A DNA stretch of 64,000 nucleotides, from positions 72 to 64,071 of the forward strand of contig JBOHUL010000046.1 in the NCBI GenBank assembly GCA_050734425.1, read 5' to 3'. The DNA is from Candidatus Dormibacteria bacterium (lineage in GTDB: Bacteria > Chloroflexota > Dormibacteria > Aeolococcales > Bog-877). Positions 42,654 to 53,336 of this stretch are shown here, in pieces. Under the pieces are notes generated by a model. That model was not told the DNA's origin and made no database searches. It saw only the letters and a list, made by a program, of their open reading frames with translations. The position numbers were made by a program, and so were the translations under genes. Position 1 is the stretch's first letter, and the number at the start of each line of letters is the position of its first letter.

Positions 42654-44599
42654 CAGCTGCGGCCGCCGCGCGCCCCCGGCGGGCGGCGGGCCCGGGCCAG
42701 TGCCATCACCGGAAAGACGGTGGCGTACAGGTGATAGCGGAGGTAGAAGGCGCGTGGAAAGCCGGTGCCGGTGAAGAGCTGTTCAGACCAGCCGCCCCCG
42801 TCCTCCTGGTGCTGAACCAGCCAGCTCGACGCCCGCTCGCAGGCGGCCGCCATCTCCCGCCGCGCCTTGGGATCGGTGGCCGCCTCGGCCGCCTCCAGCA
42901 GCCCGATCAAAGCCCAGGCGGTCTGCGAGGGGGTGGGCTCGCCCCGGCCGACGTGGGCGCGATCGTGGTAGGAAAGGACCGACTCGCCGAAGCCGCCGCT
43001 GGCGTGCTGGTTGAGCCTGATCCAGTCCCCGATCCGGTGCAGCCGGGGGCGGTCCTGGGCCTCGGCTGCGACGGCGTAGGCGGCGGCGGTGGCGGCACCG
43101 CCATAGACGTAGTTGACGCCCCAGCGGCCGTAGTAGGCCCCCGAGCCCTCCTCCGAGGCCCGCAGCCAGGTGAGCGCCCGCTGCCTTGGCTCCTCCAGCT
43201 CGGCCCCACCCATTCGGGTGAAGGCGTCGACCACGTGCGCGGTGACGTCGGGGCTGGGCCGGTCCAGGACCTCGCCGAAGTCGGAGATGGGCAGGTGCTC
43301 GACCCAGCTGCGCTCGTTGTCGACGTCGAACGCCCCGTAGCCGCCGGTCTTGCCCTGCATCACCAAGAGCCAGGCCAGAGCCCGGCGGATGGCGTCACCC
43401 ACCGGGGTCTTCTCCTCCCGGGTGTGGCCCGCCAGGGAGAGTGCCGACAGCACCACCGCGGTGTCGTCGGTGTCGGGGTACTGATCGTTGACGTATTCGA
43501 AGGGCCAGCCGCCGGGGGGTGCGCCGGGGCGGTGCACCCCCCAGTCACCGACCTTGGTCACCTCCCGGGAGACGAGCCACTCCACTGCCTTGGTGAGGGC
43601 CGGGTGCTGCGGCTCCACCCCGGCGTCCAGAAGCGCCCACAGAGCCAGGGCGGTGTCCCAGACCGGGGAGACGCAGGCCTGGAGTCTGAAGCCCTGCTCG
43701 TCTTCGATCCCGAAGCCTTCCAGCGCCTCCAGGCCCCTGCGCACGACCGGGTGGTCCAGTCCGTATCCCCGGGATCGGAGCGCCAGCAGGCCGTAGACCC
43801 AGGGGGGCTGGATCCCGGCCCAGGAGCCGTCCGCCTCCTGGTGCTCCACGATCCAGTGCTCGGCCCGGGCCAGGGCCAGCTGCCGCACTCCCACCTGGGG
43901 CAGGAGGCCGTACGTCCGCAGGGCACGGTCGACCACCTTCCAGGTGGGCCTGCCCACCCCGGGCCGGTGCGGTCCGAGGGGAAGCTCGTCCCTGGTCGGA
44001 GTGGCGAGCGGGAAGACGGCGCGCTGGCTCCGGAGGATGCTCAGGGGGACGGTGGTGGCCCGTGCCCAGGACGCCAGGTCGTAGATGCTGCCCAGCTGGT
44101 GGCCGGGGACCAGGATCCACTCCGGAGGCACCGCCGGGATCTCGTGCCAGGGCCAGAGCCCGGCCAAAGCCAACCACATCCGGGTGAAGAGCCGGGTGGC
44201 CCGGATCCCACCCTTCGAGGCCACGAAGAGCCAGGCCTGCCGCACCTGGAGGTGCTCTCGGGGCACCCCCGCCGCCCGCAGCGCCACCAGCACCTCGGCG
44301 GTGACGCTGACGTCGCCCTCGACCTCTGGGGCGATGGCGTAGCTGCCGTCGTCGCGCTGCTGGCCCAGGAGGTAGTGGACGGCCTTCTCCTCGCGCTCCG
44401 GTCGTGCCAGTCCCAGGAAGCGCTGGAGCAGCACGTACTCCGCTGTGATAGAGGCGTTGCTCTCCAGTTCGCCCGCCCAGGAGCCGTCGGGCCGCTGCAG
44501 TTGCAGGAGCCGCTCCCGGCCCCGGGCCAGGGCCGCGCGCTGATTCCTAGAGGCCTGGGCCGGGCTCTGCGACTGGGGCGGCTCCAGTTCCAGGCTCAA
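42650..44599 (-). CDS. shc: Squalene-hopene cyclase
   Basis: 649 aa. Multiple QW repeats (…DGSWAG…, QHQEDGGGW), the DxDDTA protonation motif (YPDTDDTAVV), and GG(W/F)G motifs. Confidence 0.9.
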   Translation of the reverse strand: MSLELEPPQSQSPAQASRNQRAALARGRERLLQLQRPDGSWAGELESNASITAEYVLLQRFLGLARPEREEKAVHYLLGQQRDDGSYAIAPEVEGDVSVTAEVLVALRAAGVPREHLQVRQAWLFVASKGGIRATRLFTRMWLALAGLWPWHEIPAVPPEWILVPGHQLGSIYDLASWARATTVPLSILRSQRAVFPLATPTRDELPLGPHRPGVGRPTWKVVDRALRTYGLLPQVGVRQLALARAEHWIVEHQEADGSWAGIQPPWVYGLLALRSRGYGLDHPVVRRGLEALEGFGIEDEQGFRLQACVSPVWDTALALWALLDAGVEPQHPALTKAVEWLVSREVTKVGDWGVHRPGAPPGGWPFEYVNDQYPDTDDTAVVLSALSLAGHTREEKTPVGDAIRRALAWLLVMQGKTGGYGAFDVDNERSWVEHLPISDFGEVLDRPSPDVTAHVVDAFTRMGGAELEEPRQRALTWLRASEEGSGAYYGRWGVNYVYGGAATAAAYAVAAEAQDRPRLHRIGDWIRLNQHASGGFGESVLSYHDRAHVGRGEPTPSQTAWALIGLLEAAEAATDPKARREMAAACERASSWLVQHQEDGGGWSEQLFTGTGFPRAFYLRYHLYATVFPVMALARARRPPGARGGRSW

Positions 44600-45645
44600 C
44601 TCCAGCGCTCTCCGAGCCAGCGGCCCAGCGTCTCCAGCTCCACCCGGCCCTCGCCCGCCAGCGGCAGCCGCGCGGCTGCCGCCAGCGCCTTCTCAGTCCA
44701 GGTGGTGGTGAGGCCCTGGCAGCGCTCGTCCACCCCCCCCTGGCGGAGCAGCTCCACCGCCGGCCCCAGATCGCGCCGCCGCAGCCCCGGCGGCTCGAGC
44801 CAGGAGCGGGCCGCCTCGCCCACGTGGCCGTTGCCGCCGAGCGCGAGCACCAGGGGCAGTCCCTGCTTGCCCCGGAGCAGGTCGTTGCCCACCGGCTTAC
44901 CGGTCTCCTGGGTGTCGCCGAAGACCCCCAGCACGTCGTCGCGGAGCTGGAAGGCGACGCCTAGGGTGCGGCCGAAGCGCTCGCAGGCGTCTACGGTGGC
45001 CACAGTCGCGGTCGCGGCGATGGCGCCCAGCGCCGCCGCCGCCCCCATCAAGGCCCCGGTCTTGTGCTCCACCATCCGTAGGTACCGGGGCAGGTCAGCT
45101 GGGGGGGCTCCCGTGGCTTCGATGTCGGCCTGCTGCCCTCCCACCATCTCGAGGGTGGCGTGGCTGAGCCGGGCCAGGGCCCGGCTCACCATCCGGGGCG
45201 GAAGGTCGGCCGCTGCCACTGTGCAGAAGGCGGCGGTGAGCAGGGCGTCACCGGTGTTGAGGGCGGTCGGGGTCCCGGAGCGGACCCAGAGCGCCGGCTG
45301 GCCCCGGCGGGAGCGGTCTTCGTCGACGATGTCGTCGTGGACTAGGGAGAAGTCGTGGACCAGCTGCACCGCCAGGGCCAGGGGCAGCGCCCGTTCCAGG
45401 TCCGCTCCCAGGGCCTCTCCCAAGAGGAGGGCCAGCGCGGGTCTGAGGGCCTTGCCGGGACTGGCCCCGGGCAGCAGGCCCAGGTGGTAGCGGGCCGGCT
45501 CCTGGGAAAGTTGGGGCAGGATCTGGACCACCTGCGACAGACCCCGCTGGATCTGGGCGTGGTAGCGGGCCAGGATCGACTGGGCCGCCATCGCCAGCTT
45601 GCTGCAGCGCTCCGAGGCCGCCAGCTGGCTGCGATCAGAGATCAC
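44596..45645 (-). CDS. Polyprenyl diphosphate synthase (FPP/GGPP synthase)
   Basis: 349 aa. First Asp-rich motif LVHDDIVDEDRSRRG, second FQLRDDVLGVFGD, GGKALRP-type motif LPGASPGKALRPAL. GTG start at 45645 with GGTGGAGG upstream, overlapping the ispH 3' end by 11 nt. The ATG at 45591 is an alternative. Confidence 0.8.
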   Translation of the reverse strand: MISDRSQLAASERCSKLAMAAQSILARYHAQIQRGLSQVVQILPQLSQEPARYHLGLLPGASPGKALRPALALLLGEALGADLERALPLALAVQLVHDFSLVHDDIVDEDRSRRGQPALWVRSGTPTALNTGDALLTAAFCTVAAADLPPRMVSRALARLSHATLEMVGGQQADIEATGAPPADLPRYLRMVEHKTGALMGAAAALGAIAATATVATVDACERFGRTLGVAFQLRDDVLGVFGDTQETGKPVGNDLLRGKQGLPLVLALGGNGHVGEAARSWLEPPGLRRRDLGPAVELLRQGGVDERCQGLTTTWTEKALAAAARLPLAGEGRVELETLGRWLGERWS

Positions 45646-46477
45646 GACAGGCGGCCTCCACCTCGTCGACCACCCACCCCGGGGTCGAGGTGCCCGAGGT
45701 GATCCCCACCAGCTGTCCGGGCTGGAACCACTCCGGCCGGATCTCCGCCGCCGACTCGACCTGGAAGGTGGGCCGGCGCTCGGCGCAGCGTTGAGCCAGG
45801 GCCTTGGTGTTGGCCGAGCCCCGTCCGCCCACTACCAGGACCACGTCGCACTGGTCGAGGAGGCCGCCGACGGCTTCCCGCTGCCGCTGGTTGACGACCG
45901 GGCAACTGGTGTCGTGCACCTCCAGGTCGTCACTGCGCGGCCGCAGGCGGGCCACGATCTCCTGGAAGCGCGGCTGCGGGAAGGTGCTCTGGCAGACGAC
46001 CCCCCGGCGGGGCCGGAAGGGGAGGTGGTCGGCCTCGACGGCGCTGGAGACCACGGCCACCTCGGCGTCGGGCCAGCGCTCCGCCCAGCCCAGGACCGAG
46101 CGCACCTCGGCGTGGTCGCGGTCGCCGACCACCGCCACCGCCATCCCCTCCTGCGCCAGGCGGCTGGCGTGGCGCTGGACTCGGCGGACCAGCGGGCAGG
46201 TGGTGTCCACCAGGTGCAGGCCCCGGCGGCGGGCCTCGGCGAAGAGCTCCGGCGTGGCTCCGTGCGCCGTCACCACTACCTGGGGCCCCCCGGCGGGGGG
46301 CAGCTCTTTGGCCCGGCCCAGGCCGCGCCCCTCCAGCTCGTCCAGGGCCCGCTGGTTGTGGACCACTTGCCCCAGGGCCACCGTTGTCTCCCCTGGGTGG
46401 AGGGCGTCGGCCGTCAGCTGCAGAGCATCCTGGACTCCGAAGCAGAAACCGGTATGCCGGGGGCGCACCGTCTGCAA
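45635..46477 (-). CDS. ispH: 4-hydroxy-3-methylbut-2-enyl diphosphate reductase
   Basis: 280 aa. The three conserved Cys contexts (FCFGVQDA, TTCPLV, TSCPVV) and the SANT(K) motif GGRGSANTKAL. Confidence 0.85.
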   Translation of the reverse strand: MQTVRPRHTGFCFGVQDALQLTADALHPGETTVALGQVVHNQRALDELEGRGLGRAKELPPAGGPQVVVTAHGATPELFAEARRRGLHLVDTTCPLVRRVQRHASRLAQEGMAVAVVGDRDHAEVRSVLGWAERWPDAEVAVVSSAVEADHLPFRPRRGVVCQSTFPQPRFQEIVARLRPRSDDLEVHDTSCPVVNQRQREAVGGLLDQCDVVLVVGGRGSANTKALAQRCAERRPTFQVESAAEIRPEWFQPGQLVGITSGTSTPGWVVDEVEAACRDL

Positions 46478-46655
46478 GCTTGGCCCTCCACCCAGAACAG
46501 AGGTCCGTTAACGGACCTAAACAATTCCCTTTCTGACCGTACTCTGAGCTGATCTCGATCGCCGTTATGAGTTCAGAGAGGAATGTTACGCAACCGTTAT
46601 CTTCGCCGGAGAACTGGGCCGGGGTTCTGGCGGAGTCCAGGTTAGGGTACGAGGG

Positions 46656-47891
46656 GTGCAGGCCCTGGTCTTCGATCCCTCACCGGCGCGGCTGCCCCTG
46701 GCGGGCCTGGCCGCCCGGGTGGGGCCGGGACCGGCCCTCGGGCCCTGGTCGCTGCTCTCGCTGCGGCGGCTGCCGCTCCCAGCGCCCCCGGCCCCGGGGT
46801 GGGTCCGGCTCCGGGTCCTCACGGCCGGCATCTGCGGCAGCGATGTCAAGCAGGTCCTGCTTCAGGCCGCCGCCGACAATCCCCTGAGCGGCCTGATCTC
46901 CTTCCCCCACGTCATGGGCCACGAGGTGGTGGGCCGGGTGGAGGAGCCGGGACAGGGACCCAAGGCGGGGACCCTGGTCGTCCTGGATCCCTGGGTGGGC
47001 TGCCGGGTCAGAGGGGAGGAGCCCCTCTGCGAAGCCTGCGCCCGCGGCTTCCCTCCCCTCTGCCGCCACCAACCCGAGGGTGGTCCCTGGGGCGACGGCC
47101 ACGGGATGCATCTCGGCAACATCCGCGGCCTCCCGGGTGGGTTCGCCCAGCGGCTCTGGGCTCATCCCAGCCAGTGCCATGTGCTCCCGGGCGGGCTGCC
47201 ACCCCGACTGGGGATCCTGGCCGACCCCCTGGCGGTGGCGCTGCACGCAGTGGAGCGGGCCCCGGTTGACGGGCAGGGCCCGGTGCTGATTCTGGGAGCC
47301 GGGACCATCGGCATGGCCCTCACCTTGGCCGCCCGCCGGCGCTGGCCCGCCCGGCCGACCTGGGTCACGGCCGCGTGGCCCCACCAGCTCGCTCCGATAG
47401 CGGCACTGGGTGCCGAAGCCCTTCCGGCCTCGGCGCGCCTGGTGGTCCCGCTGGTCGGGCGCCGCACAGCGGCGGTGTCGGTCTCCCCCTGGAGGGGTGG
47501 GCCCTGGCTCTTGGGTGGGGGGGTGGAGCTGGTTCTGGACTCCATCGGCAGCCGCCAGACCACCGAGCTGGCCCTCCGCTGCCTCGCCCCAGGAGGCCGT
47601 ATCGTGGTCGTCGGGGTGGCCAAGCCGGAAAGGACCGAGACCACCCTCGCCTACTACAAGGAGGCCGAGATCATCGGCTGCAACGGCTACGGGCTGGGAC
47701 AGGGGAGCTCCGGCCACCTCTTGGACCGGGCCCTGGAGATCCTGGAGCAGCGCCAGGCCGAGCTCGGGGCCTGGGTCACCCACCACTTTCCCCTCCGGGC
47801 CTACCGCAGGGCCTTCCGGGTCGCCGCCCGCCCCGGCCGGTATCGCGCGATCAAGGTGGGCCTGGACCTGGCAGAGGAGGTCGGGCCATGA
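46656..47891 (+). CDS. Zinc-dependent alcohol dehydrogenase family (MDR, threonine/sorbitol dehydrogenase-like)
   Basis: 411 aa. ICGSDVKQ, structural zinc Cys cluster (EPLCEACARGFPPLC), Rossmann motif LILGAGTIGMAL. Confidence 0.75.
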   Translation: MQALVFDPSPARLPLAGLAARVGPGPALGPWSLLSLRRLPLPAPPAPGWVRLRVLTAGICGSDVKQVLLQAAADNPLSGLISFPHVMGHEVVGRVEEPGQGPKAGTLVVLDPWVGCRVRGEEPLCEACARGFPPLCRHQPEGGPWGDGHGMHLGNIRGLPGGFAQRLWAHPSQCHVLPGGLPPRLGILADPLAVALHAVERAPVDGQGPVLILGAGTIGMALTLAARRRWPARPTWVTAAWPHQLAPIAALGAEALPASARLVVPLVGRRTAAVSVSPWRGGPWLLGGGVELVLDSIGSRQTTELALRCLAPGGRIVVVGVAKPERTETTLAYYKEAEIIGCNGYGLGQGSSGHLLDRALEILEQRQAELGAWVTHHFPLRAYRRAFRVAARPGRYRAIKVGLDLAEEVGP

Positions 47892-48334
47892 TGGTGGCGC
47901 GGGCCAGCGTCCTGGTGCGAGCGCCCTTGGAGACGGTCCGTCAGGCGGTGCTCGACCCCAGTGCCTACACCTTTGGACCCACCAAGGTCCAAGCCATGGA
48001 GGTCATCTCCCGGGGCCAGGACGAGCTGGTCGCCAAGATCAACGGCAACCTCGGTCCCTTCCACTCCTCGATCCAGGCCCGCTACCGGCTCCATCCCGAC
48101 CACGTTGACCTGACCATGCTCGAGGGCCGGCTGCGGGACTTCCATGCGGTCTTCCTCTTCGAGTCCCGGGACGGCGGCGTCCTGCTGACCCACCAGGAGG
48201 AGTACGACTTCGGCTACCCCGTGATCAGCCGGCTCTTGGACCGGGCGCTCCAGGGCTGGGCCACCCGCAGCGTCGAGGCGGAGGTCCTGTCGCTGAAGCA
48301 GGCCGCCGAGAGCCGCTCCCGGAGCGCCGCCTGA
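47888..48334 (+). CDS. SRPBCC family protein (polyketide cyclase/dehydrase-like)
   Basis: In-frame ATG at 47888 inside track ORF 47375..48334, overlapping the upstream stop (ATGA). MMVARASVLVRAPLETVRQAVLDPSAYTF… is a typical SRPBCC N-terminus. Confidence 0.6.
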   Translation: MMVARASVLVRAPLETVRQAVLDPSAYTFGPTKVQAMEVISRGQDELVAKINGNLGPFHSSIQARYRLHPDHVDLTMLEGRLRDFHAVFLFESRDGGVLLTHQEEYDFGYPVISRLLDRALQGWATRSVEAEVLSLKQAAESRSRSAA

Positions 48335-48416
48335 CCCAGGTTTGGCGGACTTCGGGGTCGGGCAGACTCGCAGCTGCCAAAGACGAGCAACACCCTGAGT
48401 CCCTCGGAGCTAGAGA

Positions 48417-50981
48417 TTGACCCCCACCCAAGACCCTGACCAGACGGCTCCCAGCCCCGGGCGCCGCGCCCCGCGCACCCCCGAGATCGAGTCGCTGCCC
48501 CTGGTGCCGCTGCGCGACAACGTGGTCCTGCCGCATCAGCTGGCCCCCCTGGGGGCTGGCCGTGACCGCTCGGTCGCCAGCCTCGAAGCCGCCGTCGCCG
48601 GCGAGGGCAAGGTGGTCCTGGCGGTGCAGCGCCAGAGCGAGCTGGACGAGGTTCAGCTCCTGGACCTCTACCCGGTGGCCACCGTCGCCCAGATCGGGGC
48701 CTTCCGGCGCGGGTCGGCCGGGGCCCAGGTCCTGGTGGAGGGCCAGCGCCGGGTGCGGCTGATAGAACTCGAGACCGGTGACACCTGGTCCGCCAAGTTC
48801 GTGGACCTGCCCGACACCGAGCCCCAGGGGACCGAGATCGACGCCCTGGCCGGCAGCGTCCGGCAGATGTTCGCCGATTACGTCGCCGCCGGCGCCGCCG
48901 TGCCCCCGGAGCTGGCGGTGGCGGTGACCCGGGCCAAGGAGCCTGGCAAGGTCGCCGACCTGACCGGGACCGCTCCGGATCTGGACCCGGTGGACCGCAT
49001 CGCGCTGCTGCAGGAGCCGGACGTGGAGCGCCGCCTCCGGGGACTGGTGCCGCTCCTGGCGCGGCAGCTGGAGGTGGCGCAGCTGCGGAGCAAGATCCAG
49101 CAGGACGTGGCCCAGACCATCAACCAGGGTCAGCGCGAGGCAATCCTGAGAGAGCAGCTCAAGGCCATCCGCAAGGAGCTGGCCGAGGTGGGGGGTGAGC
49201 CCACCTCCGACGACGACCTGCGCGAGCGCATCGAGGCTAGCGGCATGCCCGAGGCCGTGCACACGAGGGCGCTCAAGGAGCTGGACCGGATGGAGTCGCT
49301 GCCGAGCGCCTCGCCCGAGGTCGGGATCGTCAGGACCTACGTCGAGTGGCTGGGGGACCTGCCCTGGAGGGATCCCGCCGAGGAGCGGGTGGACATCAAG
49401 GAGGCCGCCAGGATCCTGGACCAGGACCACTACGGCCTGCCCAAGGTCAAAGAGCGAATCCTGGAATGGATGGCGGTGCGCAAGCGGGTTCTGGACCGCC
49501 GCCGGCTGGCCGAGCTGGCCCAGCCGGAGAGGAAGTCCAAGGACGAAGAGACGGCCTCGGCCAAGGGCGCTGCTCCCTCGGCGGAGGGACAGCCGCCGCG
49601 GGCGCTGCAGACGCCGATCCTCTGCTTCGTCGGACCGCCGGGAGTGGGCAAGACCTCCTTGGGACGGAGCATCGCCCGGGCCCTGGGCCGGAAGTTGGTC
49701 CGGGTCTCCTTGGGCGGCATTCGCGACGAGGCCGAGATCCGGGGCCACCGCCGCACCTACATCGGGGCCCTCCCGGGTCGGGTGATCCAGGCCATGAAGC
49801 AGGCGGGCACCCGCAACCCGGTGATGATGCTGGACGAGATCGACAAGGTCGGCCTCGATTTCCGAGGCGACCCTTCGGCGGCACTGCTGGAGGTGCTGGA
49901 CCCGGAGCAGAACAGGGAGTTCAGCGACCACTACCTGGAGGTGGCCTACGACCTCTCGCAAGTCCTATTCATCACCACCGCCAACGTGGTCGACACCATC
50001 TCCGCCCCCTTGCGCGACCGGATGGAGATCATCCCCATCACCGGCTACACCGAGGAGGAGAAGCTGGGGATCGCCAAGCAGCACCTGGTCCCCAGGCAGA
50101 TGGAGCAGCACGCCCTCGACCTGAGCGAGTTCCGGATCGAGGATGAAGCCCTGCGCGCGGTCATCCGCAGCTACACCCGCGAGGCTGGGGTTCGGGGGCT
50201 GGAGCGCCAGATCGCCCAGGTCATGCGCAAGGTGCCGCGGCGGCTGGTCGAGGACCCCACGCTGAAGGGGGTGACCGTGACCCCTCAGGACCTGATCGAG
50301 TATCTGGGGCCGGGTCGCTTCGACCACGACGCTGCCGAGGTCGAGGACCGGGTGGGAGTGGCGACGGGCGTCGTCGTCTCCGATGTCGGCGGGGACCTGG
50401 TCACGGTCGAGGCCCTGGCGATGGAGGGTCGGACCGAACTGCAGCTCACGGGGCAGATCGGCGACGTGATGCAGGAGTCGGCCCGGGCGGCGCTCTCCTG
50501 GGTTCGAGTGCACGGGTCCGAGTACGGCATCAAGCCTGGGTTCTTTGACGACCACGGGGTCCACATCCACGTCCCCGCCGGCGCGATCCCCAAGGATGGG
50601 CCCTCGGCTGGCATAACCCTGACCACGGCTCTGGTCTCGGTGGCTTCGGACCGGCCCGTGCGCCACGACCTGGCCATGACCGGCGAGGTGACCTTGCGAG
50701 GCCGGATCCTCCCAATCGGTGGGGTCAAGGACAAGCTCCTGGCCGCGCACCGGGCCGGCATCAGGGTGTTCCTCCTGCCCGAGGGCAACCGCCGCGACCT
50801 TTACGAGCTCGACAAGGACCAATTGGAGGGTATGGAGGTGGCCTTCGTCAGCTCGGTCGAAGAGGTACTGGACCGGGCCCTGATGGATCCGCTCCAGGCC
50901 AGGTCGCGCCGGCGCCCCGTAGGCTTTGACCTGGGCACCCCGACCTCGCTCCCGGCCCAGGGGGTGGTCGCGGCGAACTGA
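48417..50981 (+). CDS. lon: ATP-dependent Lon protease (LonA)
   Basis: 854 aa. N-terminal LON domain, AAA+ Walker [10 protein letters not shown], Walker B MMLDEID, protease domain with catalytic Ser context KDGPSAGIT and the Lys further downstream. Confidence 0.95.
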   Translation: MTPTQDPDQTAPSPGRRAPRTPEIESLPLVPLRDNVVLPHQLAPLGAGRDRSVASLEAAVAGEGKVVLAVQRQSELDEVQLLDLYPVATVAQIGAFRRGSAGAQVLVEGQRRVRLIELETGDTWSAKFVDLPDTEPQGTEIDALAGSVRQMFADYVAAGAAVPPELAVAVTRAKEPGKVADLTGTAPDLDPVDRIALLQEPDVERRLRGLVPLLARQLEVAQLRSKIQQDVAQTINQGQREAILREQLKAIRKELAEVGGEPTSDDDLRERIEASGMPEAVHTRALKELDRMESLPSASPEVGIVRTYVEWLGDLPWRDPAEERVDIKEAARILDQDHYGLPKVKERILEWMAVRKRVLDRRRLAELAQPERKSKDEETASAKGAAPSAEGQPPRALQTPILCFVGPPGVGKTSLGRSIARALGRKLVRVSLGGIRDEAEIRGHRRTYIGALPGRVIQAMKQAGTRNPVMMLDEIDKVGLDFRGDPSAALLEVLDPEQNREFSDHYLEVAYDLSQVLFITTANVVDTISAPLRDRMEIIPITGYTEEEKLGIAKQHLVPRQMEQHALDLSEFRIEDEALRAVIRSYTREAGVRGLERQIAQVMRKVPRRLVEDPTLKGVTVTPQDLIEYLGPGRFDHDAAEVEDRVGVATGVVVSDVGGDLVTVEALAMEGRTELQLTGQIGDVMQESARAALSWVRVHGSEYGIKPGFFDDHGVHIHVPAGAIPKDGPSAGITLTTALVSVASDRPVRHDLAMTGEVTLRGRILPIGGVKDKLLAAHRAGIRVFLLPEGNRRDLYELDKDQLEGMEVAFVSSVEEVLDRALMDPLQARSRRRPVGFDLGTPTSLPAQGVVAAN

Positions 50982-51282
50982 CTTCTCCGCCCGCACCGGC
51001 GAGCGTCCGGGCGATTGCCGCTGAACTCCCATAGGGCAGTTGCGTCAGCGTCTGACTTCGCTTGGCCGCCGGCTTCGGATGCCCAGGACGCACGCCGTCT
51101 GCCGCCGGGCTCGACTCACGTCCGCGGCCCGTCCGTCCTGAGGCCGAAGTGACCGTGTCGCTCGGGGTGATCGCTTCAGGTCGCTCCCGCGCTCCAGGAC
51201 GGCGAAGGACCCGGCGGGCCGGGACCCCAGATGGGCCCCGGCCGTCGGGTCGTGGGTCTCTATAGAAGTCGGTTGTTGTCGG

Positions 51283-53229
51283 CTACCCCAAGGAGTACAT
51301 CTGGGGGTAGACCTCGTCGTAGACGCCCTGAGGGACCAGGCCCTTGAGGCTGCTCTTGTACATCTCTAGCTGGTACGGCTGATTTGGCATCCAGACCACG
51401 GGAAGCTGCTGGGCCAAGTAGTCCTCGTACTTGAACAGTGCAGGGGTCTCAGCTGCAGCCGTCGCCGCCGTGTGGGTTGCCGTGATGTTGGCGTCGTTGA
51501 CCGGACTGCTGTAGTCACCGGCGTTGCTGGAAGCTCCGGTGTAGAACAGCTCGCCACCGGTCGGGAAGTAGTCGGGTGAGAAGACCCAACCACCGCCCCA
51601 GTCGGCCAGCTCCCAGTTGGTGCAGGGCTTGGCGGTCGTGCAGCCGTCGAAGGCGGTGCCGATGACGGTTGCGAAGGGCGCGGTGCTCAGGTTGAGCACG
51701 ATCCCGGCCTCCGACTTCATCGTGGACTGCATCGCCTCCATCTGGTTTGTGAGAGGAGTGGCCCCGCTCGCATAGAGCAGGTTGAAGCTGAGCTGGGCCC
51801 CGGCCGCGATGCCGGCACCACAGTCTCCAGATCCCGTTCCGGCGCTCTTGCAGACGGTCTGCCCACCGGGAACGACGTCCCAGCCGTGGGCCTTGAGCAG
51901 GTTGACCGCCTTGGTCGGGTCGTAGGGGTAGACCTGGGAGCCCTTCTCCACCGGACTCTCATCCGGGTTGTTCGTGGGATAGACGGGCACAGGCCCGTTG
52001 TTCGCGGTCCCGATGCCGCCCAGGAAGTCCTTGATGTACTCCTGCTGGTTGACCAGGGACTGGAAGGCCTGACGGAAGTAAAGCTGCTTGAAGATCGGTC
52101 CGACCGTGGGATTGGTGAAGTTGTAGGGGAAGTAGACGATCCCGAAGTCGTTCCACGGAGCGTAGCTGTAGCCAGCCTTCTCGAGGGGAGCCTTCTGGGC
52201 CAGGTCCTGATTCGGGATGTACCCGATGGTCAGACTTCCTGACTTGAGGGCGTCGAACTCGGCGGTGTCGGTCGTGTACGGCTCCAGCTCGAAAGCCGAG
52301 ATCGTCGGCTTGGGGGTGCCGGAGTAGTTCTTGTTGGGCACCAGCTTGGCGAAGCCGTCAGTTGTGAACTGTGCCAGCTTGAAGGGACCGTCGACCACCT
52401 GCCACAGGGGGTTGGTGGCGTAGGTCCCGGTGTCCTGGGACTGGGTGTTGATGTACTGGGCCACTCCCAGAGCACCAGAGGTAGCCGAGCCCGGGTTCGC
52501 CGGGATGTAGGAGTTGGCGGGAAGCCCGGCGCCGGCCGGAGCCACCTCACGCGACTCAGCCTGAGCGTCCTGGTTTCCGATGGCGCCACCAGCCGAAGTC
52601 GTGTCCCAGCTCTTGGTGGGCAGGGGGGTGATCTGGCTCAACTCGTTGTAGAGGTACCACTTGGGGTTGTAGGACCCGTTCAGCTTCATCGTCAGGCTGT
52701 AGGTCCCAGTCTGCTGGTAGCTCACGACGTTCTCGGGGAAGCCCCCGGCCACGTCCGCGCCCCAGCCCGGTCCGGGAGCCGAGGACGATCCCACCGCCGG
52801 CGACAGCGGATCTGTCGCCGCGCTGAGAAGGTTCATCCAGAGGATCACGTCCCTTGCCGTGATGGGGGTGCCGTTGGACCACTCCCAGTGCTTGAGGGTG
52901 ATCGCGACCTCGGTGTTGTTGTCGCTGAACGTGGGCATGTTGGCGATGCTCAGCCCAGCGTTGAAGGTCGGCTCGCCGTTGTTGCCGAACCAGAACAGCG
53001 GCGTGTACATCATCTGCGAGAAGTCGGAGAGGTTGGTGACACTGAAGTAGGGCCCTGACGCCAGCGGGAAGATGTAGTTGGGCGGCGCCGACGGCCCCTC
53101 GGCGAAGGTCACGACTGTGCTCTTCGACGTGGTCGGACTGGTTGTGCTCCCGCAGGCGGCGACGAAGAGGGCCGCAACCGCAGCCACCCCCGCCAATCGC
53201 ACCCCGGTGAGCTTTGGAATTCGTCTCAC
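51283..53229 (-). CDS. ABC transporter substrate-binding lipoprotein, family 5 (peptide/oligopeptide/nickel class)
   Basis: 648 aa. Lipoprotein signal MRRIPKLTGVRLAGVAAVAALFVAACGS. Large bilobed SBP_bac_5-like body. Composition is N/T/S/Y-rich, and GC is visibly lower than the neighbours. Confidence 0.7.
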   Translation of the reverse strand: MRRIPKLTGVRLAGVAAVAALFVAACGSTTSPTTSKSTVVTFAEGPSAPPNYIFPLASGPYFSVTNLSDFSQMMYTPLFWFGNNGEPTFNAGLSIANMPTFSDNNTEVAITLKHWEWSNGTPITARDVILWMNLLSAATDPLSPAVGSSSAPGPGWGADVAGGFPENVVSYQQTGTYSLTMKLNGSYNPKWYLYNELSQITPLPTKSWDTTSAGGAIGNQDAQAESREVAPAGAGLPANSYIPANPGSATSGALGVAQYINTQSQDTGTYATNPLWQVVDGPFKLAQFTTDGFAKLVPNKNYSGTPKPTISAFELEPYTTDTAEFDALKSGSLTIGYIPNQDLAQKAPLEKAGYSYAPWNDFGIVYFPYNFTNPTVGPIFKQLYFRQAFQSLVNQQEYIKDFLGGIGTANNGPVPVYPTNNPDESPVEKGSQVYPYDPTKAVNLLKAHGWDVVPGGQTVCKSAGTGSGDCGAGIAAGAQLSFNLLYASGATPLTNQMEAMQSTMKSEAGIVLNLSTAPFATVIGTAFDGCTTAKPCTNWELADWGGGWVFSPDYFPTGGELFYTGASSNAGDYSSPVNDANITATHTAATAAAETPALFKYEDYLAQQLPVVWMPNQPYQLEMYKSSLKGLVPQGVYDEVYPQMYSLG

Positions 53230-53336
53230 TACCCTGATGTCCCTCCTGTGCCGATGGTTCGCCGCCTACGTGCGACGCCCGACGCGGGACCTAACCCACG
53301 CAGTGGGGACATATTAGAGACCATCCCCGGGGCGGG

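Noticed and set aside
50982-51282. Roughly 300-nt gap after lon containing small ORF 51062..51265. Checked for tRNA, ncRNA or a mobile-element end.
   Set aside because: No cloverleaf-compatible sequence or inverted repeats were recognisable by eye. The small ORF is Arg/Pro-rich with no RBS. The gap is most likely a terminator/promoter spacer, and the same holds for the 23499-23810 and 19497-19769 gaps.
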